A DNA stretch of 52,224 nucleotides from Parcubacteria group bacterium (lineage in GTDB: Bacteria; Patescibacteriota; JABMPQ01): positions 1-52,224 of the forward strand of contig JABMPQ010000006.1 of the NCBI GenBank assembly GCA_013202585.1, given 5' to 3'. A program made the translations under genes and the position numbers. How positions within the stretch are numbered: position 1 is the first letter of the stretch; every line of letters begins with the position of its first letter. Below are positions 37,190 through 46,885 of the stretch, in pieces. Under the pieces are notes generated by a model that saw only the letters and a list, made by a program, of their open reading frames with translations, had not been told where the DNA came from and did no database searches.

Positions 37190-39599
37190 CAAAAAAATAT
37201 TTTACACATTGATGAACTTGGAGAGTAAAAAGGCAGATGAATATTTAGCTAAATTTGCCAATGGGATTGAAAGCAAAATTTCAAAAAGTAAAAATAATGA
37301 CGAAATATTTGAAAATTTAGAGTTATTGGAGGAATTTATTTATAAGGTTTCGGACCAAGCCTTGAGGATTGCTAACAATGTTATAAAAGATAAGGAATCG
37401 AATAAAGTCACAATTCATAAAACGAAGTTTGGCGAACATGATGGTAAAACCCATGCAGACCTGGTTTTAAAATGTTTAGAGCTATTAGACAAAATAAGAT
37501 ATATAAAAATCTCGGAAGTTTTTAATTTATTAGTTAAATTATATTCCAGTCAAAATCTAGATGTGAAGAAAAAAGCTGAAGAAGTTTTGAACAGTTTGAT
37601 TAGCTACGATCCTTATACTCTACAAGAAATTAGTTATTTACCACAACGAACTGTTTTGAATATTATCAAAGAATTGGGAGACGAAGAAAAAACTAAAAAT
37701 GTTGAAATTATCAAACTTGCAATAAGCAGCTTTTTAAAACCTTCTTGCGGGGGTCATTCAATGAAAGATTACAAAACACTTGTAGTAACTTCAGGAGCGC
37801 TAAATCCAGATAAGAATTTAATTAAACTTAGAAAAGAATCTATAAAGTTGATTACTACTTTGTATGGGAGTGTCAGAGGTAAGAATAAAGTGAAAACAAA
37901 AATTGACCTATTAAAGTCTTTAGAAAATGCCTCTAGATATCCCTCTCAAGGAGATTATTCAAAGATAAAGGGTGAAATGGATTCAATGATAGTCTCAGAC
38001 ATTAAAAATTTAACGGAATTTTATAGAGAAATAATTTTTAATGAAAAACAGGAAATTGTGGCTGAGATGCCAGTCGTACAAGAAATAGAATCACAGTTGA
38101 TTTGGTTTAACAGAAAGAAAAAAAATATAATATCGGAAGCCGCCAGTTTATTAAAAGAGATTAGAAACGATGATTTCTATCACTTATATAGATTATTAGT
38201 TGGTGATGTTTATGTGTCTTCCGAAGAAAAAAGAGATTTAGAGACCGTAAAGAAAGAAAGAGACAAGGAGATAGATTTAGAATTTAAAAAGATAGGAGAG
38301 GAAAATATTAATAAATGGATTGAGAAATTGAATTTGATTGCCAGAGACCAAGAAATAAAAGAGGATTGGGATTTTATAGAATTTCGGAGGTTTTTAGGTA
38401 GAATTGCCAGTGAAAAAACGGAATTAGCTCAAAAAATACTAGATGATGCTTTTAATTCAAGTAAACACTTGAAGAAATCTATATTATATTTTTTATTTGG
38501 CTTTAGGGAGTGCAATAATACAGAAATTTATGATGATTATGTTAAAAAAATAATTAAAGAACGAGATATAGATTTATTAATAAATGTCCCAGCTTCATTG
38601 GCATACATTGATCCAAAACATGTTAGAAAAGAGGACGTTGATTTGTTAAATGGCATTATTATAGAAAGGCGAGAGGATTTTAAGTTTTTGAAAAAAGTCG
38701 ATAGTAATAAATTAAATTTACTTCATTATAATGTGATGCGGGCGTTGCTACAGTTATACAAAAAGAACGAACTTAGAGTCAGGAGAATGATAAAAAGCTT
38801 AATGAATATAAATGATAATTATATACCTTGGGTCGTAAAAGAATTAGATTTTGCGGAATATAGAAAAAAGATTGATTTATTAAAATGGAGTAAACTGGAT
38901 TTAGTTTCTGTTTTAGATAAAATAGTTGAATTGGAAAATCTGGATTATAATGCTCAGAGATTACTTCTTATTATCGCAAGAGAACACTTCAGAGAGGTGA
39001 TGAATGTATTTATCGAGCGGATTAAAAAAGTAAGTGAATTGAAAATTAAGGGAGATGGGTGGTTTAAGTATGATGCGATACCCCCTCATTTTAATGATGA
39101 TTTAAAGAAATATATAAAGAGGAATAGAGAATACCCCAAATTAGTAGGAAGTTGGATAAAGAGTATGACATCCGATCAGACGGCCTATAATTGGGAATTA
39201 AATAATTTATTACAAGCTATTGGTGGAGTAGATGACATTTTATTAAAGATGGTTAAAGAGGGTGATGAAGATAATTTAAATAAGGTTATAGACTTATCAG
39301 AAGGTGTTCATCCGCCTGGTTTTGATTTCTGTTTTGAAATTATCAAGAAAACGGATGATAAGAAAATATGGAAAAGAGTTGGCGCGGCCATGTATAGGAC
39401 AGGTATGGTTAGTGGTGAGCATGGAATATCTGAGGCTTATAAAAGTAAGTTAAATGAGATTAAGCCTAACGAGAAAGATCATAGAAGGGTCAGGGAGTTC
39501 AAACAGGAAATGATTAAAGACCTAAAGACTAGTATTAAGAAGGCAAGACAGAGAGAAGACGAAGAGATCAAATTAATGAAAATGGATTATGAGGGGTAG
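37179..39599 (+). CDS. Large alpha-helical (HEAT/ARM-like) hypothetical protein
   Basis: 806 aa of Leu/Lys/Glu-rich helices; overlaps upstream stop by 11 bp. Confidence 0.6.
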   Translation: MKNNKKIFYTLMNLESKKADEYLAKFANGIESKISKSKNNDEIFENLELLEEFIYKVSDQALRIANNVIKDKESNKVTIHKTKFGEHDGKTHADLVLKCLELLDKIRYIKISEVFNLLVKLYSSQNLDVKKKAEEVLNSLISYDPYTLQEISYLPQRTVLNIIKELGDEEKTKNVEIIKLAISSFLKPSCGGHSMKDYKTLVVTSGALNPDKNLIKLRKESIKLITTLYGSVRGKNKVKTKIDLLKSLENASRYPSQGDYSKIKGEMDSMIVSDIKNLTEFYREIIFNEKQEIVAEMPVVQEIESQLIWFNRKKKNIISEAASLLKEIRNDDFYHLYRLLVGDVYVSSEEKRDLETVKKERDKEIDLEFKKIGEENINKWIEKLNLIARDQEIKEDWDFIEFRRFLGRIASEKTELAQKILDDAFNSSKHLKKSILYFLFGFRECNNTEIYDDYVKKIIKERDIDLLINVPASLAYIDPKHVRKEDVDLLNGIIIERREDFKFLKKVDSNKLNLLHYNVMRALLQLYKKNELRVRRMIKSLMNINDNYIPWVVKELDFAEYRKKIDLLKWSKLDLVSVLDKIVELENLDYNAQRLLLIIAREHFREVMNVFIERIKKVSELKIKGDGWFKYDAIPPHFNDDLKKYIKRNREYPKLVGSWIKSMTSDQTAYNWELNNLLQAIGGVDDILLKMVKEGDEDNLNKVIDLSEGVHPPGFDFCFEIIKKTDDKKIWKRVGAAMYRTGMVSGEHGISEAYKSKLNEIKPNEKDHRRVREFKQEMIKDLKTSIKKARQREDEEIKLMKMDYEG

Positions 39600-39627
39600 G
39601 GCGGAATAATTTATTAAAAAGAAACTA

Positions 39628-39716
39628 TAACCCAACCTCCCCCATGCCCACCATCCTCGGCCTACTGCTAGCCGGAATAGCGGGGGGATTATATCTAGGC
39701 ACTCGCTAGTATAAAA
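39628..39716 (+). pseudogene. Collapsed relic copy of the 97-aa gene at 41349
   Basis: Reads PTILGLLLAGIAGGLYLGTR*YK versus TTVLGLLL...AGLAGGLYMGTFWYK; leader sequence also similar. Confidence 0.65.
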
Positions 39717-39720
39717 TAAT

Positions 39721-41217
39721 ATGCTCACAAAATCAGACTTTATAAAATTCATCCAGTGCAAAAAGTACTTATGGCTTTTTAAGAATAGAAAAGATCTTTT
39801 GCCTGAGGAGGTTGATGAAAACTTGCAGAAGATTTTTGCTGAAGGCTATAAAATAGAAACCTATGCCTACAAGCTTTTCCCCGAGGGCCAAAATGCACAA
39901 GTAGAAGAATTTAAAGAATCTATATTTAAAACTACCAAACTAGTAGAAGAGAAAGCTCCCACCATATTCCAACCCACCTTTTCCGCCAAAAACCTTTTCT
40001 GTCGCTGTGATATATTAAAACTTGCAGATAATGGCGAGTCGCATGATATTTACGAAGTGAAGAGCTCTACTTCTGTAAAAGATATCAATATTTACGATAT
40101 GGCTTTTCAAAAGATTTGCTCGGAAGGTGCGGGCTTGAAAGTCGGAAAGATTTTTATTTATCATATCAATAATAAATATGTACGAGCGGGAGAAATAGAG
40201 CCCGATAAATTATTAGAACTTGAGGACGTAACGGATCAGGTTAAACATTTGGAGGAAGAAACGAAGCTTCAAATAGAAAAAGCGCTTAAGATTATAGAGG
40301 GGAAGGATGAGCCTGATCAGAGGATATTAAAGCAGTGTGATAAACCTTATGAGTGCACTCTCTTAGGCCATTGCTGGAAGGATATTCCTAAGAAGTCTAT
40401 TTACAGTATAGCTGGCAGATTGAATGAAAAGAAGCTGAATATGCTTTTAGATGAGGGGATTGTAGAGATTAAGGATATTCCGGAAGGTGTGGTGACAAGC
40501 AAGGCGGGGCTTCGGCATTTGAATGCGGAAAAAACAGGTGAAGTACATATCGAAAAAGATAATATAAAGGATGAGCTGGAAAAGCTTGAATATCCTTTGT
40601 ATTTTTTGGATTATGAAACTTTTTATCCCGGAGTGCCTTTATTTGACGGCTATCGCCCTTATCAGCACATGACATATCAATATTCTTTGCATGTCCAGGA
40701 AAAGGAAGGCGCTGAATTAAAACATTATGAATATTTAGCCAAGGGATGGGAGGATCCTTCACCAGGATTGGCGAAAGAGTTAAAAAAGCTGATAGGCAAG
40801 AAGGGAACTGTTCTTGCCTGGAATATGAGCTTTGAAAAAGGGTGCAATCGAGAGATGGGGGAGAGGTATCCGGAATTTGCGGAGTTTTTTGAGGATATTA
40901 ATAACAGAATGTTTGATTTGATGTCTATATTTCGCAAAGGCTTTTATGTGCATAAGGATTTCCACGGCGGCGCATCTATTAAGAAAGTATTGCCGGTATT
41001 ATGCCCCGATCTTTCATATTCCGAAATGGATATTCATGAAGGTGCGACGGCGTCGAACAAATGGGGTGATATGATTGATCCGGAGACTTCTAAGCAAGAT
41101 GCGGAAAAGATATATAATGATCTTATTAAATATTGCGAATTGGATACTTTTGCCATGGTAAGGATATTGGAAGAATTAAGGAAAGTGTTTTCTTTGTCAT
41201 CTCGAACTAAGCGATAG
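39721..41217 (+). CDS. DUF2779-type protein: Cas4-like nuclease domain plus RNase H-like domain
   Basis: TKSDF...C, CDIL...YEVKSST, C-x5-C-x5-C cluster; FLDYET, WNMSFE, SIKKVLP, YCELDT. Confidence 0.78.
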   Translation: MLTKSDFIKFIQCKKYLWLFKNRKDLLPEEVDENLQKIFAEGYKIETYAYKLFPEGQNAQVEEFKESIFKTTKLVEEKAPTIFQPTFSAKNLFCRCDILKLADNGESHDIYEVKSSTSVKDINIYDMAFQKICSEGAGLKVGKIFIYHINNKYVRAGEIEPDKLLELEDVTDQVKHLEEETKLQIEKALKIIEGKDEPDQRILKQCDKPYECTLLGHCWKDIPKKSIYSIAGRLNEKKLNMLLDEGIVEIKDIPEGVVTSKAGLRHLNAEKTGEVHIEKDNIKDELEKLEYPLYFLDYETFYPGVPLFDGYRPYQHMTYQYSLHVQEKEGAELKHYEYLAKGWEDPSPGLAKELKKLIGKKGTVLAWNMSFEKGCNREMGERYPEFAEFFEDINNRMFDLMSIFRKGFYVHKDFHGGASIKKVLPVLCPDLSYSEMDIHEGATASNKWGDMIDPETSKQDAEKIYNDLIKYCELDTFAMVRILEELRKVFSLSSRTKR

Positions 41218-41232
41218 CGGAGTCGAGGGATC
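41195..41232. repeat. REP-like palindrome overlapping the stop of the DUF2779 gene
   Basis: TGTCATCTCGAACTAAGCGATAGCGGAGTCGAGGGATC with CTCGA/TCGAG arms. Confidence 0.55.
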
Positions 41233-41348
41233 GCTCCAGGAATTAGTTTTGAAAGATTATAAGGAACGGATAAAGGTTAAAGATTTTACGAAGTATATTA
41301 ATCGGCTAGTGGACGTGATTTTGAAGAAGTTTTAATTAACCAACTCCC

Positions 41349-41642
41349 ATGTCAAAAAAATTCCTCAAACCCCTCTACCTCCTCGCCACCACCGTCCTCG
41401 GCCTCCTACTCAGCTTCATCATTCACGCCTCACTCGAATTACTCTACCTTTACCTCGCCACTAGCCGCAACTATACCATCACCTGGAACTCATACCTCGG
41501 CAAGTCCTGCGCGCTGCCGCTGTGGCTACAGATTACCCTCATAGTAGCCGGTCTAGCCGGAGGATTGTATATGGGTACCTTTTGGTATAAAATGGTATAT
41601 ATAGAGGGCAGACACCCACGGTACAAGCCAACAGCCAAGTAA
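41349..41642 (+). CDS. Small 2-TM membrane protein
   Basis: Two hydrophobic helices, 97 aa. Confidence 0.7.
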   Translation: MSKKFLKPLYLLATTVLGLLLSFIIHASLELLYLYLATSRNYTITWNSYLGKSCALPLWLQITLIVAGLAGGLYMGTFWYKMVYIEGRHPRYKPTAK

Positions 41643-41760
41643 AAACAACTAAATAACGACGTAAAAGGAGGGCGTCAATATGGTTTAGGGTATGGTTCCA
41701 GCCATTCGGGAATTCCGAATAGCTAGAATGTGTAATATTTACTAACTAGGAGGGAAAAAC

Positions 41761-42645
41761 ATGACAACAAGTAAAAAAGCAAAAAATAAGGAGAAGGCTA
41801 CTTCGGCAGACAAATCAATTATTCTTTTTGATGACGTGCCAGTGCGGCGAGTGTGGGTCGAAAAGGAAGAGAAGTGGTATTTTTCAATTATTGATGTTAT
41901 AGCTGTTCTTACGAGTCAGGCTAATTTTAAAAAAGCACAAAGTTATTGGACAACGCTTAAAAATAGGCTAAAACAAGAAGGAAATGAGTCTGTCACAAAA
42001 TGTGACAAACTGAAATTACAATCTACTGATGGTAAATTCTATAAAACAGACGTCGCTAATGTTGAAGGTCTTTTCCGCATTATCCAATCCATTCCTTCCA
42101 AAAAAGCTGAGCCGTTCAAGCGCTGGCTGGCCAAAGTCGGCTATGAGAGACTACAAGAAACGGTTGATCCGGAACGAGCAGTAAATCGTGCTCGTCGTAA
42201 TTGGAAAACTGTTGGTCGCTCGACTAAATGGATTGAGCAGAGAATGCGGGGGCAGGAAGTCAGAAATAAACTAACGGATTATTGGGGTGACAATAAGGTC
42301 AAAGAAGGGGTAGAATTTGCCAAATTAACAGATATTATTCATAAAGAATGGGCCGATTTGACAACCCGCGAGCACAAAACTCTCAAAAACTTAAAAACTG
42401 AAAATTTGCGTGATAATATGTCTGAAGCGGAATTGATTTTTACAGCTTTGGCTGAACTTTCGACAACTAGCGTAGCTAAAAAAGATAAGTCTAAAGGCTA
42501 TGATGAGAACGCTGATTCTGCTCATAAGGGCGGCGGAGTAGCTAAGCGAGCGCGGAAAGACTATGAATTACAAACTGGGCAGAAGGTAGTAAGTGGAGAT
42601 AATTTCTTGCCTAGTAATAAAAAGAAGAAAGAATTGGAAAGGTAG
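41761..42645 (+). CDS. Bro-N domain DNA-binding protein
   Basis: VRRVW...WYFSIIDVI, LKLQSTDGK, RIIQSIPSKKAEPFKRWLA, NLRDNM; AGGAGG site. Confidence 0.85.
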   Translation: MTTSKKAKNKEKATSADKSIILFDDVPVRRVWVEKEEKWYFSIIDVIAVLTSQANFKKAQSYWTTLKNRLKQEGNESVTKCDKLKLQSTDGKFYKTDVANVEGLFRIIQSIPSKKAEPFKRWLAKVGYERLQETVDPERAVNRARRNWKTVGRSTKWIEQRMRGQEVRNKLTDYWGDNKVKEGVEFAKLTDIIHKEWADLTTREHKTLKNLKTENLRDNMSEAELIFTALAELSTTSVAKKDKSKGYDENADSAHKGGGVAKRARKDYELQTGQKVVSGDNFLPSNKKKKELER

Positions 42646-42648
42646 GTG

Positions 42649-42741
42649 CAGATCACATCTATTTCTAGGGAGAATTAACGAAGAACTCAACTTCTGAGGA
42701 ATCCTTAGTAGTTCAAAAAGAGGGTAGTAGGAGAATCAGCG
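42649..42741 (+). pseudogene. RhuM-family gene remnant
   Basis: Reads HIYF*GELTKNSTSEESLVVQKEGSRRI versus NVFKSGELGKKATTKESLVVQKEGGRDI in 44676-45629. Confidence 0.75.
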
Positions 42742-42841
42742 AAAAATTCAGTACGCCGGAAATTCCAGCGCACTACTATCAATGCCAAGAAAAATTAGAG
42801 CGATAATGGTATAATATAAATAACAAAAATTAACAAAAAAA

Positions 42842-43609
42842 ATGGAACAAACCCAACGCTACCCCAAACTCCGCCGTTGGAATCTGGTTATGGCCGCTCT
42901 TCACGCCATTCAGGGTTTTATCGTGCTTTACTTGAGCACTGATTTTAAATTACCACTCACAGCTAGCTATCTTAATTTTAACGTAGCTGCTCAAAAGCTG
43001 GAACCAGCCAGCCAAACATTATTTGACCTCCCGCTGGCGTATCTAGTGGCTGCCTTTTTCTTCATGTGTTCTCTGGCGCATCTGATTATTGCCACTGTTT
43101 GGAAAAGGGGATATGAAAGGGATTTGAGCAAAGGCATGAACCGCGCCCGTTGGTTTGAATATAGCCTGTCAGCTAGTACGATGATGGTAGCGATTGCCAT
43201 GTTAGTTGGTATCTATGAGATTACTCAACTGGCGATGATATTTGGTCTAACAGCGGTGATGAATTTGATGGGACTAGTGATGGAAATTCACAACCAGACG
43301 ACGGAGAAAACTAAGTGGGTTAGCTATATAATTGGCGTATTGGCAGGTGCTATCCCGTGGTTGGTGATAGCGGTTTATTTCTGGACAGCAGCTGCCTATG
43401 GCACAGGTGATATCCCAACTTTCGTTTACTGGATTTATGTTAGTATTTTTGTTTTTTTCAACTGCTTTGCCATCAACATGATCTTACAGTACAAAAAAAT
43501 TGGCAAGTGGCGGGAATATTCTTATGGCGAGTGGATATATATTGTCCTTAGTCTGGTGGCCAAAAGCGCGCTGGCTTGGCAGGTATTTGCTGGGACATTG
43601 CGACCGTAA
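42842..43609 (+). CDS. Heliorhodopsin
   Basis: WNLVMAALHAIQG (TM1 His), SLAH, NRARWFEYSLSAS (counterion Glu), SLVAKS (retinal Lys); 7 TM. Confidence 0.95.
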   Translation: MEQTQRYPKLRRWNLVMAALHAIQGFIVLYLSTDFKLPLTASYLNFNVAAQKLEPASQTLFDLPLAYLVAAFFFMCSLAHLIIATVWKRGYERDLSKGMNRARWFEYSLSASTMMVAIAMLVGIYEITQLAMIFGLTAVMNLMGLVMEIHNQTTEKTKWVSYIIGVLAGAIPWLVIAVYFWTAAAYGTGDIPTFVYWIYVSIFVFFNCFAINMILQYKKIGKWREYSYGEWIYIVLSLVAKSALAWQVFAGTLRP

Positions 43610-43651
43610 AGCGTTATAATATAAAGAGGCTAAAAAAAACAAACAAAAAAA

Positions 43652-44539
43652 ATGAAAACAAAAGGCGCCCTCATCATCATTTTCCTCCTGATAACTATAA
43701 TCATATCTCTAATTATTACTTTACGTTTTATGGAGAATAAAGAAGAAATCAAGCAGGTAGAGGTCAATGGCATCGAAATGTCTTACCAGACTTTTGGTCA
43801 AGGGGAGCCCTTGGTCATGATCATGGGCTTTAGTGGCACGATGGATTTGTGGCCGCCCGCGGTGATAAATAAGCTGGCGCAAGATTATCAGGTCATAATT
43901 TTCGATAACCGGGGTATGGGCTATACCGAAGCCGGTGCGGAAGAGTTTTCTATCAGACTTTTTGCTGATGACACGGTCGCCTTGCTGGAAGCTTTAGGCA
44001 TCGAGAAAGCGCACGTGTTGGGCTGGTCCATGGGCACCTACGTCGCGCAAGAGTTGGCTCTTAATTATCCGGATAAAGTTAACAAGCTTATTCTTTACGC
44101 GGCGGATTGTGGTGGCGAACACGTGGTTGATCAAAAAGCAGAAGATTTGGCCAAAGTAACTGACACCTCCGGCAGCGAAGAGGAAAGGCTGGAACGGTTA
44201 CTGAGTGCTTTGTTTCCTCCCGAGTGGCTGGCTGCCAATCCCAACCCGGCAGAATATATGCCTGAAGTGAAAGAAGAGGCGACGGCGGAAAATATTGCCC
44301 GCCAAGCTCAAGCTATGGAGGAATGGGTCAGTACCTACGATCGTCTGCCCCAGATAAAGCAGGAAACCTTATTCATTGCTGGTAGCCAAGATATTATCCC
44401 TCCGCCGCGGAATTCCTTCGTAATGGCCGAGCAGATTCCGGCTTCTTCCGTCATTCAAATTAAAAGCAGTGGCCACGGTTTGATTTTCCAGTATCCGGAG
44501 AAGTTTGTTGACACCGTGCGGTATTTTTTGGCGAATTAA
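43652..44539 (+). CDS. Alpha/beta hydrolase with N-terminal anchor
   Basis: FDNRGMG, GWSMG nucleophile elbow, GSQD, SGHG. Confidence 0.9.
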   Translation: MKTKGALIIIFLLITIIISLIITLRFMENKEEIKQVEVNGIEMSYQTFGQGEPLVMIMGFSGTMDLWPPAVINKLAQDYQVIIFDNRGMGYTEAGAEEFSIRLFADDTVALLEALGIEKAHVLGWSMGTYVAQELALNYPDKVNKLILYAADCGGEHVVDQKAEDLAKVTDTSGSEEERLERLLSALFPPEWLAANPNPAEYMPEVKEEATAENIARQAQAMEEWVSTYDRLPQIKQETLFIAGSQDIIPPPRNSFVMAEQIPASSVIQIKSSGHGLIFQYPEKFVDTVRYFLAN

Positions 44540-44675
44540 TTTTTTGGCTCGCTCTTTGCCTCTTGGACGGAATTGAGTATTTATAATTAACTTAAAAAAC
44601 GGCATATAAAGGAGGGTGCCAATTAGAAAGCGGCGAAAAAGGCGAAGCCATTTATTAATTTAGGAGGGAAATTTT

Positions 44676-45629
44676 ATGAAACCAAGAAACAACCAGGTTA
44701 TTCTTTACAGTACCGAAGACGGACAGACAAAAATTGAAGTTCAATTGGAAAATGAGACAGTTTGGCTCAGTCAAAAGCAAATGGCTGAGCTTTTTGATTG
44801 CACGGTAGAAAATATCATTTTTCATCTACAAAATGTATTTAAAAGTGGTGAATTAGGCAAAAAAGCAACTACTAAGGAATCCTTAGTAGTTCAAAAGGAA
44901 GGTGGTCGTGACATAAAAAGAGAGGTTTCTTTGTATAATTTGGACATGATTATTTCCGTCGGCTATCGTATCAATTCTCTCCGCGGCACCCAATTTCGCA
45001 TCTGGGCAACGCAGAAATTACGAGACTATATCATCAAAGGCTTTGCCATGGATGATGAGCGCCTATCTGATGGCCGGGTAGCCAGGACATACTTTGTCGA
45101 ATGGGAAGAGCGGATTAGGAAAATCAGAACCTCGGAGGCTAATTTCTACCAAAAAGTGAGGGATGTCTTTGCCACTAGCGTAGATTACAATTCTAAAGCT
45201 GATTATGCTAAGAGATTTTTTGCCATGGTGCAAAATAAATTTCATTTTGCCATTACTGGTCTGACTGCGGCGGAGCTTATCAGTGATCGAGCGGATAGTA
45301 AAAAAGAAAACATGGGGCTGACAAATTGGCGGGGAGAAATAGTCACTCGAGAGCAAGCTCAGATTGCCAAAAATTACTTACAGGAATTAGAACTTAAAAG
45401 GCTAAATTTATTAGTAGAACAATTTTTATCCTTTGCTGAATTGCAGAGCGTAGAGCAGCGGGTGATGTATATGAATAATTGGATTGAAAAACTTGATGGT
45501 TTTATAGTTCTCAATGATAAAGAAATATTGAGAGATTCTGGCAATGTTTCCCATTTGGAAATGGAAAAAACTGTCAGGGAGAAGTTAGGGAAATACAACG
45601 AGCACAAACGATTATCCGAGAAAAATTAA
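44676..45629 (+). CDS. rhuM: RhuM-family protein
   Basis: TVWLSQKQMAELF, YNLDMIISVGYRINS, TQFRIWAT, KGFAMDDERL, VQNK. Confidence 0.85.
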   Translation: MKPRNNQVILYSTEDGQTKIEVQLENETVWLSQKQMAELFDCTVENIIFHLQNVFKSGELGKKATTKESLVVQKEGGRDIKREVSLYNLDMIISVGYRINSLRGTQFRIWATQKLRDYIIKGFAMDDERLSDGRVARTYFVEWEERIRKIRTSEANFYQKVRDVFATSVDYNSKADYAKRFFAMVQNKFHFAITGLTAAELISDRADSKKENMGLTNWRGEIVTREQAQIAKNYLQELELKRLNLLVEQFLSFAELQSVEQRVMYMNNWIEKLDGFIVLNDKEILRDSGNVSHLEMEKTVREKLGKYNEHKRLSEKN

Positions 45630-45681
45630 GGCAATAATGGTATAATGTGGGTGACTGAAAGATCATAAATAACAAAAAACC

Positions 45682-46605
45682 ATGGAGCAAAAACAAAACA
45701 TCCCGACAGAGATGCCGGGGCCTGATGAACATGCAGACCAAACTGAACAGCCGACCAAGCTAGATCCAATGGAAGCCCTCGATCCCAACAACCAACCCAA
45801 GAATCCCAAAAACAAGATCAAGATTTTCTGGATGATTGTGATAATCGTCCTGTTACTATTATTAGTGCTTGGTGTAGTTTTTTACTTTGTTCTCTCCGAT
45901 CGTGACGGCACGGCTGGTATTTTTGGCAGCAAAGACAAGTCAGAAGAGCAAACGCAAGAACAGCAAACAGAACAAACAGAAGAAGCAACCAAAGTCGATC
46001 TCAGCCAATACGATGGCAAAGTATTAAAAATTACCTCCGATAAGGACAACATCGAAGGCAAAGTCTGGCTAACCTACGACAGCGAAGACGATAGTCTCAA
46101 AGCTCAATTCCACGCTCTGCTAACTGCCGATTTACCAGTCAATGGTACTTGCGGTGGTTCAGTTGAAGGCGCAACTGGATGTCAGGATATGATCCGTCAC
46201 GAATATGCCCAGAAGACTATTTCACAAAAGAATAGCAGCAATAGCTTTGGCGTTTTCCTCTATCCTGTCTTGTGTAATAAAACTAAGCAGTTGGACAAAT
46301 CAGAGTGGGACACAAAGTTTGAAATTTACGGTGCCAAAGCTTGCGGAATAGACACTCATAGCCAAGAAAAGACTTCGACCTTCTTGATTTGGGGGCAGAT
46401 CTATTATGATTCCTACGAAAAGATTTTAGGACTTTATGACGTGACAGTCTATGACTCTTCGCAGTACTGGATCGAGACGACGAAAACAAAGCCTGAGGGG
46501 CTAGCAGACGATCCGGAAGGCTCGCGGACTTTTGAGCTGGAAAGTGAAAAATCTATTGTGCCTGAGAATAAGGTTAGTGATTACGTGATGGAATTTAAGG
46601 AATAA
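45682..46605 (+). CDS. Hypothetical single-TM protein
   Basis: Pro/Gln-rich cytoplasmic N-terminus, one TM helix, extracellular domain with Cys pairs. Confidence 0.7.
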   Translation: MEQKQNIPTEMPGPDEHADQTEQPTKLDPMEALDPNNQPKNPKNKIKIFWMIVIIVLLLLLVLGVVFYFVLSDRDGTAGIFGSKDKSEEQTQEQQTEQTEEATKVDLSQYDGKVLKITSDKDNIEGKVWLTYDSEDDSLKAQFHALLTADLPVNGTCGGSVEGATGCQDMIRHEYAQKTISQKNSSNSFGVFLYPVLCNKTKQLDKSEWDTKFEIYGAKACGIDTHSQEKTSTFLIWGQIYYDSYEKILGLYDVTVYDSSQYWIETTKTKPEGLADDPEGSRTFELESEKSIVPENKVSDYVMEFKE

Positions 46606-46618
46606 GTTTACCCAAATT

Positions 46619-46885
46619 ATGAAAATCCTCAAATTTGGTGCCGTTTGGTGCCCGTCTTGTATCATTATGAAATCCCGTTGGGAAAAGGTGGAAAAAGAGC
46701 TACAATGGCTACAGACGGAGTATATCGACGTCGACACAAATGAAGAGCTAGTGGCAAAATATAATCTGGAAGATTATCCGGTTTTTGTTTTTTTGGGTCA
46801 GGATGGCGAGGAGATTTTGCGGCTACAAGGCGAGATAGATCGGAAGGAGCTTATTAAAATAATTGAGGAAAATAAAGATAAATGA
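46619..46885 (+). CDS. Thioredoxin family protein
   Basis: FGAVWCPSC active site and DYP cis-Pro loop. Confidence 0.88.
   Translation: MKILKFGAVWCPSCIIMKSRWEKVEKELQWLQTEYIDVDTNEELVAKYNLEDYPVFVFLGQDGEEILRLQGEIDRKELIKIIEENKDK

Noticed and set aside
39721-41217. Cas4-like domain as evidence of a CRISPR-Cas locus
   Set aside because: No repeat-spacer array or other cas genes seen anywhere in the window.
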